This document shows positions 13,301 through 28,300 of a stretch of 64,000 nucleotides of DNA, piece after piece (position 1 is the stretch's first letter; the number at the start of each line of letters is the position of its first letter). Below the pieces are notes generated by a model, which was given only the letters and a program-made list of their open reading frames with translations, was not told where the DNA came from and searched no databases. This DNA comes from Paraphysomonas bandaiensis (Eukaryota > Protista > Chrysophyceae). The DNA is taken from assembly GCA_965644295.1 (NCBI GenBank), contig CBFFRP010000362.1:186001-250000 (forward strand), written 5' to 3'. The position numbers and the translations under genes are program-made.

Positions 13301-16300
13301 AGCAATAGAATATTTCGTTGGCACTACGAACTGACTCGTTTCATAGTCACTGCATGTAGAATATGTCGAAATCGTTGACCGCAGAGATCCTGCTAGAACC
13401 GGCACCGAGAAATTAGTGGAAGGCATTTCTTTCCAGTGCACCCATGAAGCTTTTATTTCGTCATCGTCTAACCGTACAAGGCAGTAGTCAAACGGGTCCA
13501 ATGTTGGCGGCAAGATGTCAGGTAAATCATTGTTATATTTTGTAGCCGATTCCTTCATACTCCCAAACCAATTATCCAGATAGTAAGATGACAATGTCGA
13601 ACACGTCCCAAACGACCATATGCAACAATACAACATGATTCGGCAGAAAGTTATTTTATCCCAGCGTCTTTTATAATCACCTTCCTGCTCATTGGCATTT
13701 GACATCACATACACCATATCCACAGAATCTGGGTGCACAGATAGTCCAATATTCTCATACATACATCTTGCCAGCCGGAACAGACTTCGAATAATAGCGT
13801 GTACGCTGATGTGACATTCATTGTCCTTGCTATGCAAGTGCATAAGTGGCAAAATGAAGGTGTCTACACAATACGATGCGGCCTTCCGAAGCAGTGTATC
13901 ATTCGGGTTTTCAAACCTGCACACAATGTATTTATTTGCATAAGTGGCAAAATAAAGGTGTCTACACAATATTCCACTCAAAATATTTGGACCATGATTT
14001 TCTCACCTTTTGCAAAACATATCGACCTCTAACTGCAACGTTGTTTCCACAGAAAAAATAGGTTCTTGAATGCATACAATTGGCATGGAGAGAGTGAAAG
14101 CGGGATCTACATTCGCGATTTCACAGCTTTCCCAAAGCAGTGACAATTTTCCTCTCGTGCCATGTTCCTTGTGGTGATAATAATTCAAGCGTCGACCATA
14201 TTCCATCAAAACAATCGAATTCGGCACATCTAAGTGAACATACTCCACTGAAGGTTCATTACATAATTCCCGCAAGAGCTTATCAACACCACAGAGCTCA
14301 TTAGTTCGATTGCAAGTACCTATTCGGTCTGGATCTTCACTGCTATGAGAGGAGCTAACCAGAACTTCGCATTCAGATGAGGTGAACCCTATTTCTTCTT
14401 CTTCACTCTCCAATAAAACTGGGTTAATAATATGAGGGTATAATTTATTTGGAACGTCATCCCTTCGGTCCGAGTCAGGCAACGAATATAATGAGTTTTC
14501 GACAACGTCAACAGTTGACACATCATCCTCATCATAGCCCGTAATCATGGCAACAGCTTGGCGAATCAATGTCGACTTGCCCGTACCAACACCTCCAACA
14601 ACAATGCATGCGCTTTGTGATGTCAATACATTAACCAGCATTCGTAGTGGGTCGTATACACGCCCCTTAAAATCTGTTTCGTTCATTCGTACATCGAAAG
14701 TAATGCCAAGAAAAATATTACAAGAATGTTGAATATTGGCTAAATCAAAGGATTCGTGAAAATGGTTCGGAAGGCGTTTGAAAAGGTCTTTCAGTATCAT
14801 ATAGCATTGTTGTGCAGATTCCATCTTGTTGACCTTGATTATATCACCTGCTACCTTGGGAATCGAAAAACGGAAAAGTATTTTAAATATCACACCACTG
14901 CTGATTCCACAATGACTCTTGACATGTTCTAGAAACGCTGTAAGCTGCAATGACGACTTGTAGGCGTTAGAAAACCCATACACAACTAAGTAGGGCTCAA
15001 GGACAGCATCCAAGGGTGGTGAAGACACATGAATTGGACGAAACTTTTTTCTTATCGAAGATGGAAAATATATCATTTCCTTGCTTTGATCAACGTTCAT
15101 ACAAACGCTGAAATGCGGCCGTGAGAATACCATACCATGTACGTCAACCTTCACTGCCACATAATTCGAAGGCTTGTTCATATGAACTTCGGCAATACAC
15201 GACACGAGGACAGACAACAATTGAGGTTCAAGTTTCTCTACGTTTACAAAACAAGTATGCAGTCGTGCCATTTCTGTCGCTGCAACGAACATACGAATGC
15301 GATATTCTGTTGATCCTTCGTAGGCACAATCAACCATGCAAAGGTCTTGGCCGAACTCATGAGTTATGCCTTGAATAATAGATCGCTTACCAGTGCCCCG
15401 AGGGCCGCGTAGAAAAGGAATCGATTGAAAAGAAGAGCCAAAAGTACTGGATATAGCCAAATAACACTTCTCAGTAAGAGGTGTTACCACCATTCTCTGG
15501 TGAAAACCATGATACACCATGCCATACTGCTTTTCCACAAACGAGTGGCGTACAATAACTGTCGATGTATCTCTATTGTAAATCTTTTGCAGAGCACAGT
15601 TCAATACAAAAGTCGGTTCGGTGGCTGCATCTACATCATTCGTTGTCTTTTCAGAAATTAACAACATCAAGTCTCTAAGCTGAAGTAGACAGAGCATCAT
15701 ATTCGCCGCACATATTATTTGGTGCGCACTTTTCGCGGTGGACAGTATAGTGGTCAGAATAGCGATGCGGTCATTGATGTCCAATTGAAGCATCCGTTGC
15801 ATCTTGGGCTTAAAGGACGCATTATCAGAACTCATTGAATCTTTAAGTGACTTCCAGAATTGTATCTGAAGCGTTAATATTCTGGCTTGATCACAACAGA
15901 AAGGGTTACGCGCATCATCCATAATTTTCCGATTCTCAGTTACCAATGATGTGATATCTGACTGAAGTTTGTCCGCTATTGCTGATTCGAGGCTCTTGAA
16001 CCAGTCGCCAAGTGTACCGCGAGTGGAACACGGAGTTCTAAACATCAAGGCCTCAGAACCACTGTGGATGCCATCAACAGTTATCTGAAGCTCACCTCTG
16101 GAGCTCAATATCAGTGATGAAACATTGGGAAACAACACTGGTCTGCACTTCTCAAATATCGTTTCCGTGTCTGCTATTGCGTGTACAGCGAACAAGTCCT
16201 CCCTACTCATCAAGTAAAACTTAGGGTATTTGTCTCTGCATTCCAGTATAAAAGTATCTATTACAACATCTGCTTGCTGAACAGAGTCATTGGCACTCTC

Positions 16301-19300
16301 TATCAATTCATCCAGATTAGGCTTCTCCAGCAACACTGCCATGCTGTCATCGACACGAGCAGCCTTTATTATAGTTCTCCACGCTTCGTCCACAACATTG
16401 AAGTGTCGTAGTGCTTGATGAATATACCGGGTTGAGCGGGAGCTTGTAAACAAGACTCTCAACCGCAGATTGTCTTCTTGCAGCTTTAATATGTCCATCA
16501 TCATTCTCTTCCACGACCTCACTTTGGCCAAAAAGTCTTCAAAGCTCTCTTTCATCGTACAAATATAATTCGACTGGAGCGCACTTGTGGCAGTGACACA
16601 CATATCCTCCAATAACTCGGAGCACTCTCTAATATTCCCGATAATAGTAAAAGATTTTAAAACTGTGTGTGACTGAATAATGACGGGTTGGCTTTGCACT
16701 TTCGCTTCTAATTCGCGGAATTTATGTTTCAAATTACTTTCACACACACTTCTATGGTAAATATCTTCAATAGCAACGCCATGGTTACAAATATCTGAAT
16801 CAACTATATCACCGACAGTCATGGCATCGTTGTGAAATATCTCTTGACGGACTACATCCTCAATACATTTCTTGTGGTCTGAATGTAAAGTAGGAGCTTG
16901 AAGATATTCGATGATTGGCGTAATATTATCAAAGAGTTCTATAGACTTTAATATCCAAGATTCCACCTTGGATGCATCGCGTTTTCCAAGAGATGTCAGC
17001 TTTTTCTTGGCAAGCTTTACAGAAGAATATATACGACTGCAATCAACTTCTAGAAATGGTGTGGGCAAAGAGCTGGCTTTGATCTCCCTGATAACCTTCA
17101 CAGCTTCCCATAGACAGGTATGCGTCATCAGCTGTTGTTGAATGCGATCCACTGGGGCACCATCGAATACAAAAACTTCCATCTCAACCTGGCAGTGGGT
17201 GATATATCGAGTTACTCGATTGATTTCAGAAAACAAATTCTCAAGGTCAGCGACCTCTGCAAGGGCTGCAACAGGGTCGCTTTCAGGATCCAGTAGAATT
17301 CCAGAAGCTAAGCGAAGTTCAAGTTCGTTGATTGGGCGCTGTAGCAGCTTTGATTGCAGTACCAGTTCACGCTTGTAGTTTTTAATATTCGCTTCACGAT
17401 TTTCTTCGAACTGAAGCATCGCATCTATATACTGCTGATATTCCGTTTTCAAAGTGGCAGTCAAGCCAAATACTTCGTCCGAAACTGGAATGCTATGGTC
17501 ATCCATTATCTCTTTCAAACTACTGTGAAACATATTTTTCTCTTCTAATGCAGCACTCCGCTGTGAAGCTCCGTTGTAAACTTCAATCACTTTGACATAA
17601 TCATCAACGCTTTCGACCTTCCTTTTCAACCCCTTTTTGACACTGTGGGCTTCGTTATAAATCTTTTCGCCCAAAGTGACGAATATTTTCGGAATACTGT
17701 GGTGATATAGTGCCTTGCATGATATCACTTGGTCCAGCACCTCTTTAACAGTGGTTCGCACGTCCAGGCGAATGACCCCAAGGTCGACATACGGGGATAG
17801 TTTCTGAAGACGGTCCATCCCATCATCAAGCATGTGTAGTGTATGAGATATTTCGTCAATTTTCATAGAAGCTAGAGACTCAAGGTTCAGTTCATTCTGC
17901 ATTTTGATCATGGATGAGTACATTTCACACAGAAAAGAATATTCGTCAACTTCAACTGCGCAACGATCCATGTCGTCCATAATTATCTGTGTACATTGAT
18001 CAACCATGATATGTAGAGAGTTGCGTGTGTCCAAGAAAACTAGATCTTCTACCGAAGAATCTTTAATCTCATTCTGAATGGGTTTGAGTAATTCTGCCAA
18101 TTCCTCGTTATGGAGGAGAATGTGCTCATGACAGCCCGAACTCAATACTTCATCCATTGTTGTCGACAGACCCTCCATAACAGTTTCTTTATTAGGAACA
18201 ATAAGAAGTTTTAGATCTCCAGGGGTCGGCCCCATATCACTAAAGCACCCGCATACTTCATTGTTTTCGACATCATGTCTGGTATCACTAATCGCCATGG
18301 AGACGTTAATATGACCAGAAATGACTTCTCGGCTACGTAGTCTATTTAACTTGTCCAAGAACACGCTTAGCCCGCTCTCAACCGTTGAATAGAGCATATC
18401 ACGAATCATAAAGTCTACAACCCGCACCACACTCGCTACTCGCCTACAATTAAGTCGTATTGCAGCCCTCTCAGTGTAAGAGAGAGGTGTCTCCATGATA
18501 ATCGGGTGTGTGCCATCTTGGCTCAGTGCAGCACCATCACTAACAGTATCGGTACCTACCGTGATTGAAGCATGTCTCATAAGAGACCTCGTTTCCATTT
18601 CCATTGCAGCAGTTAGATCATGTGACTGCTGGTAGTGGAAATATGACGAGGCTGACAACACCGTAGGCATGGCTGTTAGGAGCTCTGTTGCCCGTTTTTC
18701 GCCTTCTGTGCGCACAAGGCTGACTAAATGATGCATCATCGTTGCTTTTGACATTGATGTTGATGCCAAGAGACCATTACTTTGAGCATTTTGTGTTTCA
18801 TCTCCTTCACTATCGCTACCATCATCTAGCTTCATCGCCGCGCGTCGCTGGGTATCTAACAGGCGTGTAATATCATTCAACAAATGGTTTCCTAGTCTAT
18901 TCGTTTCTCGATCATACAGCACTTTGCATGTATTGACAGCGGACAATAAAATATTCTGCATGATTGGATCTAGTATAAACAGACTAGGTTTAAGGGAATT
19001 GACCTGCACCTGAGTCACCACACTATAGTACAAACGAATAAGCTCACACTTACAATACTGCTCCTTCGACTTGAAAGTGCATACTTTCGAAGCTTGAGAA
19101 ATGACTTCCTGTCAGTATAATTGAGAACAAATATGATTATAAACAGGTTAAATTACCGTATACAGAACTGCTTAATAAATGGAATTTGTATTGCTCGATG
19201 ATACGTGTAGTACTCCCACACAAACTGTTTGAGAGTGATTTGATCAGGTTCTCCCCATCCATATCTAACTATACCATGCCTGCTTAGGGTAATATACCGA

Positions 19301-19920
19301 TTACAGCGCGGGTCATGACGAGAAGATGAAATCATAAGTTTATAGGGATTAGATGGGTCCACTGCATCCAAATAACAATACTCTTGCTCGCCACTAATTA
19401 TTACCCGAATTGCCTCTTCAATGCTGGAATCGCAGGTTAAACTTCCACCAAGCTGACCACCGGTCAATCCATCAATATAATTCTTTGTCATGTCGTCTAT
19501 TTTAGTAGCTTGAATATAAGAACTACCAGCTGTTGATAAATTCGGATGGACGAGGGATTCCATCCCTGGCACCTCCAACGAATGCGACTCTATAATACTT
19601 GATCGCATGTGACTCAAAAGATCAGCAATGGCGGGATCCTTTCGTGAATCTAGAGTAGTAACTCGCTCCGCATCATGTTCTGGCCATATAGATGATCCCA
19701 AAACAGCACCATGAGGCTTTAAGTCATCGTGGTTGCCGGAAACAGTGTTTTCGCCATCACGTTCACAGCGACTAGCTTCAGGTGCTGCAGGTGGTGCCAC
19801 TTGAGACTGCCACGCACCATCAGATGGTCGTTTCATAAGCAGTCTATTGTGAAGCCGGCCTCTGGCTATAGCAGAGCTGGGTCGAGGAAACTCTGGGGGC
19901 TTTGATGACCGGGTATTCAT
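7394..19920 (-). CDS. Highly divergent dynein heavy chain-like protein, ~4,100 aa, ~5 exons; N-terminus resembles single-headed inner-arm (DNAH6-like) chains
   Basis: ORFs 19153-19920, 14003-19033, 7664-13981 and 7394-7630 plus a small exon (~19053-19108) join via GT-AG introns. Dynein landmarks appear in order: 'YCYL...NPYKL...YITLSRHGI...IPFIKQF', linker 'RDKYPKFYLMSREDL', 'YGMVYHG...MVVTPLTEKCY', P-loops GPRGTGK / GGVGTGKS / GDSGVGKS, 'VFVDDVN', and C-terminal 'EVPPSW', 'LARKLQTPIDNV', 'FQCPLYVT', 'WAKRNVAM'. Confidence 0.85.
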
Positions 19921-20797
19921 CGTTAACTCCCACTGGCACTCAACGCCGAAGCGCCTACGTAAACAAGATGTATCTTGGTGTCAAACTACTCTTCGCGGTT
20001 GTCACAAAGCGGGTAAGCTAATGCGCACTACAGTGATGAGACATTTACGTACTTGTGATATGATTCGATTGGTATTTAGCTTATAATTTGATCCATATAT
20101 ATATATATGTATATATACTGCTGAATGTGACCTCAGTTTACGGTATACAGCTATAGGCTCTGTATACTGCTGTACATTTCAAACTATAATACCCATACGT
20201 ACAGTTCCAGTTGTATAATTTTCTATATACGTACTGTAGCTTTCTGTAAGTTAAATGAAAAAGTGGAAAAGCCATGTTTTATGTGACGTCAGATAAAAAA
20301 CCCACTATTTGAGATAAAAGTTACTTGATATCATCATCAGCACCAGTATATATAATTCTTGCAAAATTCTGGCCGTTACGTGTAGAATTACACAATATAT
20401 TAGACCAATAGTACGACAATATTAAACAATACATCAATATAATTGGCTATTTCTTGGAATTTTTTTCTACCAGTATATACGCTGTATTGAACTACGGTGT
20501 ACATATATACATATGCACTGTACCTGAACAGCAGCATATTCTACTCGTTATGTACACAGTATGTACTCGTACACCATGGTACATCTCGACCTGACATTAA
20601 CAGCAGCCCAGTACATAACTAACAGCTCCTTCCATATGATGTTGATGACTATTCATCTCACTGGCAATGCACTGCCGAATGAGTTGAAAGCTAATTAGAT
20701 TAATTCATATGATTATAAAGGCTGTGATCATGATGGTGGCATGAGTTACATGCGTCTGATCTGATCTCCACATACCCTCACGCTCTCTCTCTAGCAG

Positions 20798-23700
20798 ATG
20801 GATAGGGACCGAGATGGTACTGTAATCCATAGCAGGTAATGAATACATAGTAGCTCCACCCCCTTGTATGAAGTGATGCGTATGATGCAGTGAATACGAC
20901 AAAGAAAATACTCCGCGTGCGGGTGCCTATGCACATACCCCTGTACAGTATGAGTTGTATGAGAACTATAAATCAGATAATGTGGATAATGGATCTGTGG
21001 GTCATGATATTGATGATATAGAGTCCAGCACAGTTCGCTCTTGGCATACGGACCGTGTGCAGCCGTTTTCTGACGAAACAGGAACCTCTGAATCACTTAA
21101 TAACAACTATGGAAGTGAGAAATATAGGGCTAGGGATAGTGCGGGTGATATCCATACCGACCTCAACAGCACACTGAAGTATCCGCTAAAGTCTCGTCAT
21201 TCAGTGGACATGAATTCCGAAGTGCAAGTTCTACGAGGCGCTAGCAGAAAACACTTCACACAATCCTGTACTAGTGATTTCATGAAGTCGAAGATTGGTT
21301 GGGTGGAATTAGTTGGACCCCATAATTCGTGCACGGTCTTTGCACGAGCACACGCAACTGACTTAACTGGTAAATTCGAGTTGTTTACCGATGAGAATAT
21401 GACGTCAACGGTGAACAGTTTTATACTCGGTCATCCGAGAACATCTGTTGCAGTGGTTGACGATACGTTTTGCATAGAAACCTTGACAGGTGCGTGTCTG
21501 TGTAAGTGTCATTCGGTAGACGAAGTGAAGGAATGGACGAAAGTTATATGCTACCCAGTATTTTCGGCCTTACCCGTAACTAAAAGTGAGGAATATAGCA
21601 CTGTAGAGCGTACGGATACCGTCGAGAAACCTCGACGACGATATGTTGACAACCAACCTCCTGGCGCTCAGCACAGGTCAACATTTTATATGGCTAAAAA
21701 TCAAGCAAATTTGCGCATTTTATCACGACAAATAAAAGCCAAAAAGGAAAAAGAGGAGGCAACTAAGCGTAAAGTGGAAATGGAAAGATTACGGAAGAAA
21801 CAAGAGGTGCTGGAGCGAAGGAATCAACGACTGAAGGAAAAGGGTATTGACATCGAGTCGTATAATTATCGATCGAAAACCATGTTGGGAGACTTAAATT
21901 CAATGTCTCGCGTCAGCATGAAGCCGACAGTGCCGATATCACCATCTCAACGGGAACTTGAAAACAGCCGCGCTCGGCGCGAGAAAGAGCGGTTGCGAAA
22001 GAAGGTTTTGGAAAGGGAGATTGCAGAGAGAGAGGAAGCCATTTTGCAGGAGCGGTTAGACGAAAAGAAACGAAGACAACAGGCAGCACTGCTATCACGG
22101 CACCAAAGCAGTCAGTCGTTACTGTCTCACATCAAGAGTGTGGTGCGTGACAACTCGCCGGGTGTAGCATTGCGTCGTACAAGCGCCTGCATGTCCATAC
22201 AACGTGTATGGAGAGGAGTTCTTGCCAGGAAAACTGTTCAGAGCTTGCGTTTGCAAATGTCACTGAAGCTGAATGGGTCTGCTATGAATGGAACTCAACG
22301 TAGGTTACAACTTGATGTTGTTAATGGTACGCGGAAGCACACCAATGATACCTATATACCTGTTTCTACCCATATAGTTTCCAACGAAAGGACTGATATA
22401 GCACCTGTTTCACCTCGTAGAAAAATCGTTGACCAACTGCTCTATTGCAACGTACCGAATCAAAATTTGTCGACTTCCTCAAGGGACTTAGAGCGTGTGA
22501 ATGTGCATGATAAGAACTGTCTTCGTGTAGATGGTGAGCACGGACCAGCTGACACATTTGATCCTATTAGAGAAGTGCTCTATAAGCGTGAAGATGTGAA
22601 GGAAATAGTACCGCGAGAGCAGCCGCAATTGAACAGTCATATGACAAGTGATGCTTCGTTTTTTTCTGACCTAACGGATCTCGACTTTGACACAAAATTG
22701 GACTTAATTTCCAATCCCCCCTGCTTTACTGGTGCAAGCGCTGATGTAGATGATGCAGTATCGCCACATGCTCATGAACCGCATTCTCCGAACCTTGATT
22801 GTATTCGTGAGTTGAGTGCAAATTCTGATTTTGTAAACTCTTTCTCGCGTGACTCAGTGCCACGTACATCTGATGACAAGGAGGATTGCGGAAGTCCCGC
22901 GATACGAATAGATGATTCCGAGCATCGAAGTAATGAGGATATTGAACCCAGTAGTTTCGAACGTGATGATGCAGATGAACAGGGTGTTGCATATGCTAAG
23001 GGTGTGTCCAGCGATATTGCGGTCGATGAGCATGTGGTTGAAGAAGCGTTGAACACTAACGCCCCGGGTTTGAATATAGATAATGATCCCCATTCTGCAG
23101 TACAATCTATGGAAAATAACTCTCACCAATCAGAGGATAGACCTTCCGATGAAAAGAGCCCTGGCAACAGCGTCGACTCCACTTTTGATACAACTCCTCC
23201 AGCAGATATTAAAGCCACTGATACTTCTACCGTTATGGGTAATGAAACGTCAGCTGTCACGAAAACACCTAGACATCGACGGGCAGCTGTTGCCAGCGTC
23301 GAGTCCATTGCATCTAATCACAAAGTATCACACACAGAAGCCCTGGATCGCTTAGGAGCGGGAAAAGCACATATGATTGAAGTTCATGCAGGAGGAAAGT
23401 TGATTGGATTAGTGAGTTCTCGTGAAGAAATGATAGAAATGGTAAATGAGTACAAGCGAAAACGTAAACTAGAGAAACGACTGCGGAGAACACAGACTAA
23501 ATTAAAGACTGTCAATGCTTTCAAGGGACGACAGCACGATGACGGCAGTGACAAGAGCTCATTACAATCGGGGGCGGATTGTGATGCTGATAGTGAACTG
23601 AAAAGCACGACCAATTTGTCCATCAGTGCCATGGCAAAAGAACAAAAACGATCACTGGATGCTCACATGAATGAAGTTAGAGAAAGTGAAAGCGCAGTAT

Positions 23701-23966
23701 TGGAACAAGCAGCGGCTGAATCGACTGTTAAGCAAAAAGGTGCACAGGAAGACGCAGCTGCTCAAAGAACAGCAATTTGTCGAGAAGTTCTAGAAGCAAA
23801 GCGAAACTTGGCAATGGGTGATGCTGTAGCTGCTGAAAGTTCCAGACCACCCGTACATACGCAAGCAAACCATGTCGAGATTACCCCTGTTCCGCCTGTG
23901 AATCCTAGGAATAAAAGCATACTTGGGCTATTGGGGTTTAGTAGTCGTAAATTAACACAAACGTAG
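20798..23966 (+). CDS. ~1,040-aa protein with a PH-like segment, charged coiled coil and one IQ motif (exons 20798-20835, 20891-23966)
   Basis: Long open frame; 'FCIETLTGACLCKCHSVDEVKEWTKVI' resembles a PH-domain C-terminal helix; IQ motif 'SIQRVWRGVLARK'. An upstream exon is spliced in frame. Confidence 0.7.
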
Positions 23967-25366
23967 TTGTATAATTCATATGTGGTTACTACGTTGGCAT
24001 ACCACAATTGTTGTTTTTGCTTTTGTCATATTCGAAGGCACGCTGTTGTATTTTAAAATTTGGTTGTGTAACTTTTTCATATTAAAGTATACTATACATT
24101 GAATAGCTAAGTAATTGTGAAACTGGGTATTCAAAAGTAAACATTATGCAATCGTAGGAATTTTACGATATTTTCGGAAAATCTAGGGGATTTTAAGTAC
24201 GTTAGAAAGAGATATAACTGAACAAGACTTTTACTCCATGCTGATATATTAAGTTAAATACTTATATAGCAACATATATAATAAACTTTTGATTTACATC
24301 ACTTGTCACTCACTGTCTATCGCCAAATTCATATTGCCTCAAATACCAATTATTACATACAATCTTAGCTATATCACGATATTACATGTGCTCCTTTCCG
24401 TCGCCTGTTATCATCAATGAAACGCTGCGCTGTATTGACACTCTGAACTAGTCCGTCACTGTTATCATCATCTACTTCCTCATCGAGCAAAAATATTTTT
24501 AGTTTGATTCTTACCACCTTGTAACTTCACGACGTCTTGTAACTTCTCCCAGATGACGCTCGACAAGACCAAAGCGTAATGTTGATCCAGAAATAGTACA
24601 GAACCTGATGCTCTTTCATGTCGATGCTTTTTCCACAAAAAAGGGAAATCATCCATTACAGTCTACTCTACTAGTGATCTAGTGATATGCAGTCCGCGTA
24701 ATGGGTGATACTTTACGCTCCATGTAACTATTTGTTGCACCATCACGAATGATTTAGATCTGTTTCTGTAGGTGTCTGACTTCTGATAGACGTCGTCAAT
24801 GAAGCTTTTTCCAGCCCATCGAATTGTATAACCCGTCTTTTAGTTTCAGAATGAACACAAGCTAATGGTTCAATAGTAAGATCAAACTTTTACTAGCTAC
24901 ACTTAGTTTGTACCGCTTCTGAGTACGCACAGAAATTGATGGTATTAAAAATATTCCATTAATTGCAATAATTGACTATTAATGGTAGAAATATTTGACC
25001 AATTATAATTGCAATTATTATTTGCTGTCCCAATTTCAATTAAGTGAAAATAAATGGCTGTGAACCATGGCTGTAAACCTTACATTGTGCGTTACGAATG
25101 ATGTGAAACAGTGGTGCCAGAATTCAAGGAAGCCACTTAGTTAGATAATCACGATAGCGCTTATTATTCTTATTATTACTTTCGAGCCAGACTACTTAAC
25201 TTTTCTGTAATAATCTAAGCCAAATATGGGCAGAATATGAGACATCCGACAGAAGATAACAATCTACTGATAGGAAAGTAATAGCGAATCATCATTTGGA
25301 CTATTAACATCAGCATTTTTAAAACTTCTGGCAACAACAACTCAAAGGAGAACAATTCAAACACGA

Positions 25367-28300
25367 TTAAACCACGCCTCGACTACTGCTGTAAACAACA
25401 CGACTCTGACCTGTGAATCTTGAATCATAGAACCCATTGTAATCAAGGCGAACACAGAGATTTGACAACTGAGGGTGGTGCCTGCATAACTCTTTATATC
25501 AGTTGCCACTTTAGAGACACAAGTCATACCTGTAAGAATCCGTCCACAGCTTCTCCAAAAATTCTCCTAGCTGAGTATCGAATGTATCGGAGAATTTCGC
25601 CAGCATGCGAACGTACGCATCATGACTAACCTCGCGAGCAATAAATTCAGACTGGACTCGTATACGGGCCTGTCTAACAGCTGACGATCTTCCAGCTGCA
25701 TCAGCCTCGCCTTTCATGGGACCACGAAGATCGGGATCAAGGATCTCGTTTGTACTGGCAAAACGCTTCATTTGATCAGCGAAAAGCAAGCATGTGGTTG
25801 TAATCTTAGTCAATATTCTCAGCAGATCCTGTGATGCTAGGAGACACTCCTTCAAGCATGTATCCAAAAAGACATCATGCAGGTTGAGCATTTCATCCAT
25901 ATCCTTTGCTCGGCCCATCGCTTCTTCCATCTCATGACTCCGAGGGGTGAATACCTCAATCGTCATGTAATACACAAAGTTTTGCAGAAAGTGCAGCATA
26001 CGGTGCCGTAGACAATATGACGGTCCCATTTCACCACGTAGACCATACTCCTTCGTGTTTTGGTGGTCTTTCCAACAGTCCAAGACACGTAGCTCCACAT
26101 GCTTACAAAAAAATAAAAGCCGTGACAGTAATTGATACTTCGTAACTGCTCGTCTTGAAAGTATAATAGAGAGCGGCCATCCCACTTTGTACTCGAGTGT
26201 AAGCGCCTCAACTCCCTTCAGCCCTTGAGATCCACCAAGCACTGAATAGTTATCCATTCCACTACCCACCGCAGGTCCACCTTCTCCAGCGGTCTGTATC
26301 AAGTGCAGATGCTGGATCAAGTTGTGCGATGCAAGAATGCAACTAACATCGTCTTTGTTAGGGTCATTTGCAAGGGTGGATGTGTGAATGGCAAGATGCA
26401 ATAAGCTCTGTATACGCGGTAATGCCACATCTTTCGCCTCTCTGCGCAACTCTTCTTCTGCAGTGTCCATAAATTGCACATAGAAATCCCCATGCTCCAG
26501 CAAGAAGAAGCGACGCAAGCTTTGAAAATGAGAGTACAGACTGTACTTCTCATCTAGAAGTTTCAGAAGTGTTGAGCTACTAAATTGATACGCCTCGTCA
26601 ATTGCATCGACAAGGGACGATGATCCATCTATGTCGTAGGTGAGCTCACGCTTACACAACTGGGCAGTGAATTCTGGCCCCGTTGGAATGATCAGTAGAG
26701 CCGTTGGCGAGCCAGCTGGTATTTCTGCACCGTCCTCTGATTCTATTGGCTGAGAAACTACACCTGGGCAACAGTCACGAATAACATTTAAATACTTTCC
26801 AGCAGTTAGTGCTTTCATTGCGTGGTCTTGGAGAATACGTGGTACATGGAGGGCTCTCAAAGTATAACGTCCCTCCCAGTATCTGGCGTTAAAGTCTTCC
26901 TCTAACGCCTCCCGAGACACAGCCTTGTGCTCTTGAATGAAAAACTCAGCATAAGGATCACGCAGTTCGCCTTCATACAACCAGAGGGATATCATCCGCA
27001 CAAAAGGAACAGTGGCAGCTTTCAAGACATGCTCATATAGCTGTTTCGCCCTTTCATCCCCTTGTTCCAACATTGCAGAGTGAAGTCTGTCAAGCATACA
27101 CCCTCCGACTCTATCACCTAGACTGGCAATCATGTGGTCAAGTGTACGAAGTGTGGTTTTCGTTGGCTGTAGAAGAAACACCATTTTCTGTATAGTCAAC
27201 CGCTGCAAGGTTAACAGATGCTCGAATTGTGCGACGGCTAAATCGAATTCTCTCATCATTCTCTTGATAGTTGCGGCAATTGCGTGCGCCACAGACCCAT
27301 ATTCATATCTAGACATAACAGCCCTTTTACTTGCTACTACAAACATGTATTGATTGTATTATACCTTGAGCGCGATCTAATGAATACTCGTATGCGATTC
27401 TACAAAAGTAGTATATTAGATTACGCAGTGAATTGAAATTCGACATATACCGCGCACTCGCAGACGGAAAGAAGCATGGCAACCTGATACGCCAAACCCC
27501 TATCACCTGTTCACCAATTCATTACATGTCGCAATATATTCCACTACCACTTCTACTTACTTGAATCTGTGTCTATTAAAAAGGAAAGTTGGTTCAGTTT
27601 TGTAATTTTCTTCCCGTCCTCATTCACAGCTCCGACACGAATATACATACCCTGCCCAAGAGATTAATCTTAAAAACGAATTACTGATAAAGCGTCGACC
27701 TCAACACCGGACAAGGCAAGAATTAGCTCACGGAGAAGTATACCCTCCTGAACAATGGGCGAGAAAGAGTTCAGCTCTGGGGGAAGGGCTTGCACATCCG
27801 CCCGATGTTCTTCAACTGACCCAGGAAAAGTTCTAGCCTACGTGGATTGGTATTGTATAGTCAATTAGCAATAATGTAATTGAGTACATTACACAGCTTA
27901 CAATAGTTTCGGTTGTGGGGCAGTAACGATCTTTAGCCGACATCATTAAATAACTCCCACTATTCGTCCAAATATAAATGTCATGAAGATTGGTAGATAG
28001 TGAACACACCTTAAATAAGGCCGTTGCTTCATCCATTGGGGGGTAGGCTGACATCCGCACCAGTCAATCTGCCAGACTTCACCTCCAAGACCTGATCGAT
28101 CCTTATGTACAAGTTTGGCTGCCCGTCCATCAACGCCCTCCGAAAGTGTCAAAAGCATGTCACTTCCATTCTGTAGCAATAAGAGATCCCCGGTACGCAC
28201 ATACATTCCTCGCGTTTGTTTCTCCTCTTGTCCTCTAGAAGAACCCTTAAGTATAGTCCAGCGCTCGCCCTGTCCAATAAAATGCCGCCAGAACCCCAGT

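Noticed and set aside
7394-19920. Four separate genes or a frameshifted pseudogene
   Set aside because: The ORF breaks coincide with short GT-AG introns that restore the frame, and dynein landmarks are colinear across them.
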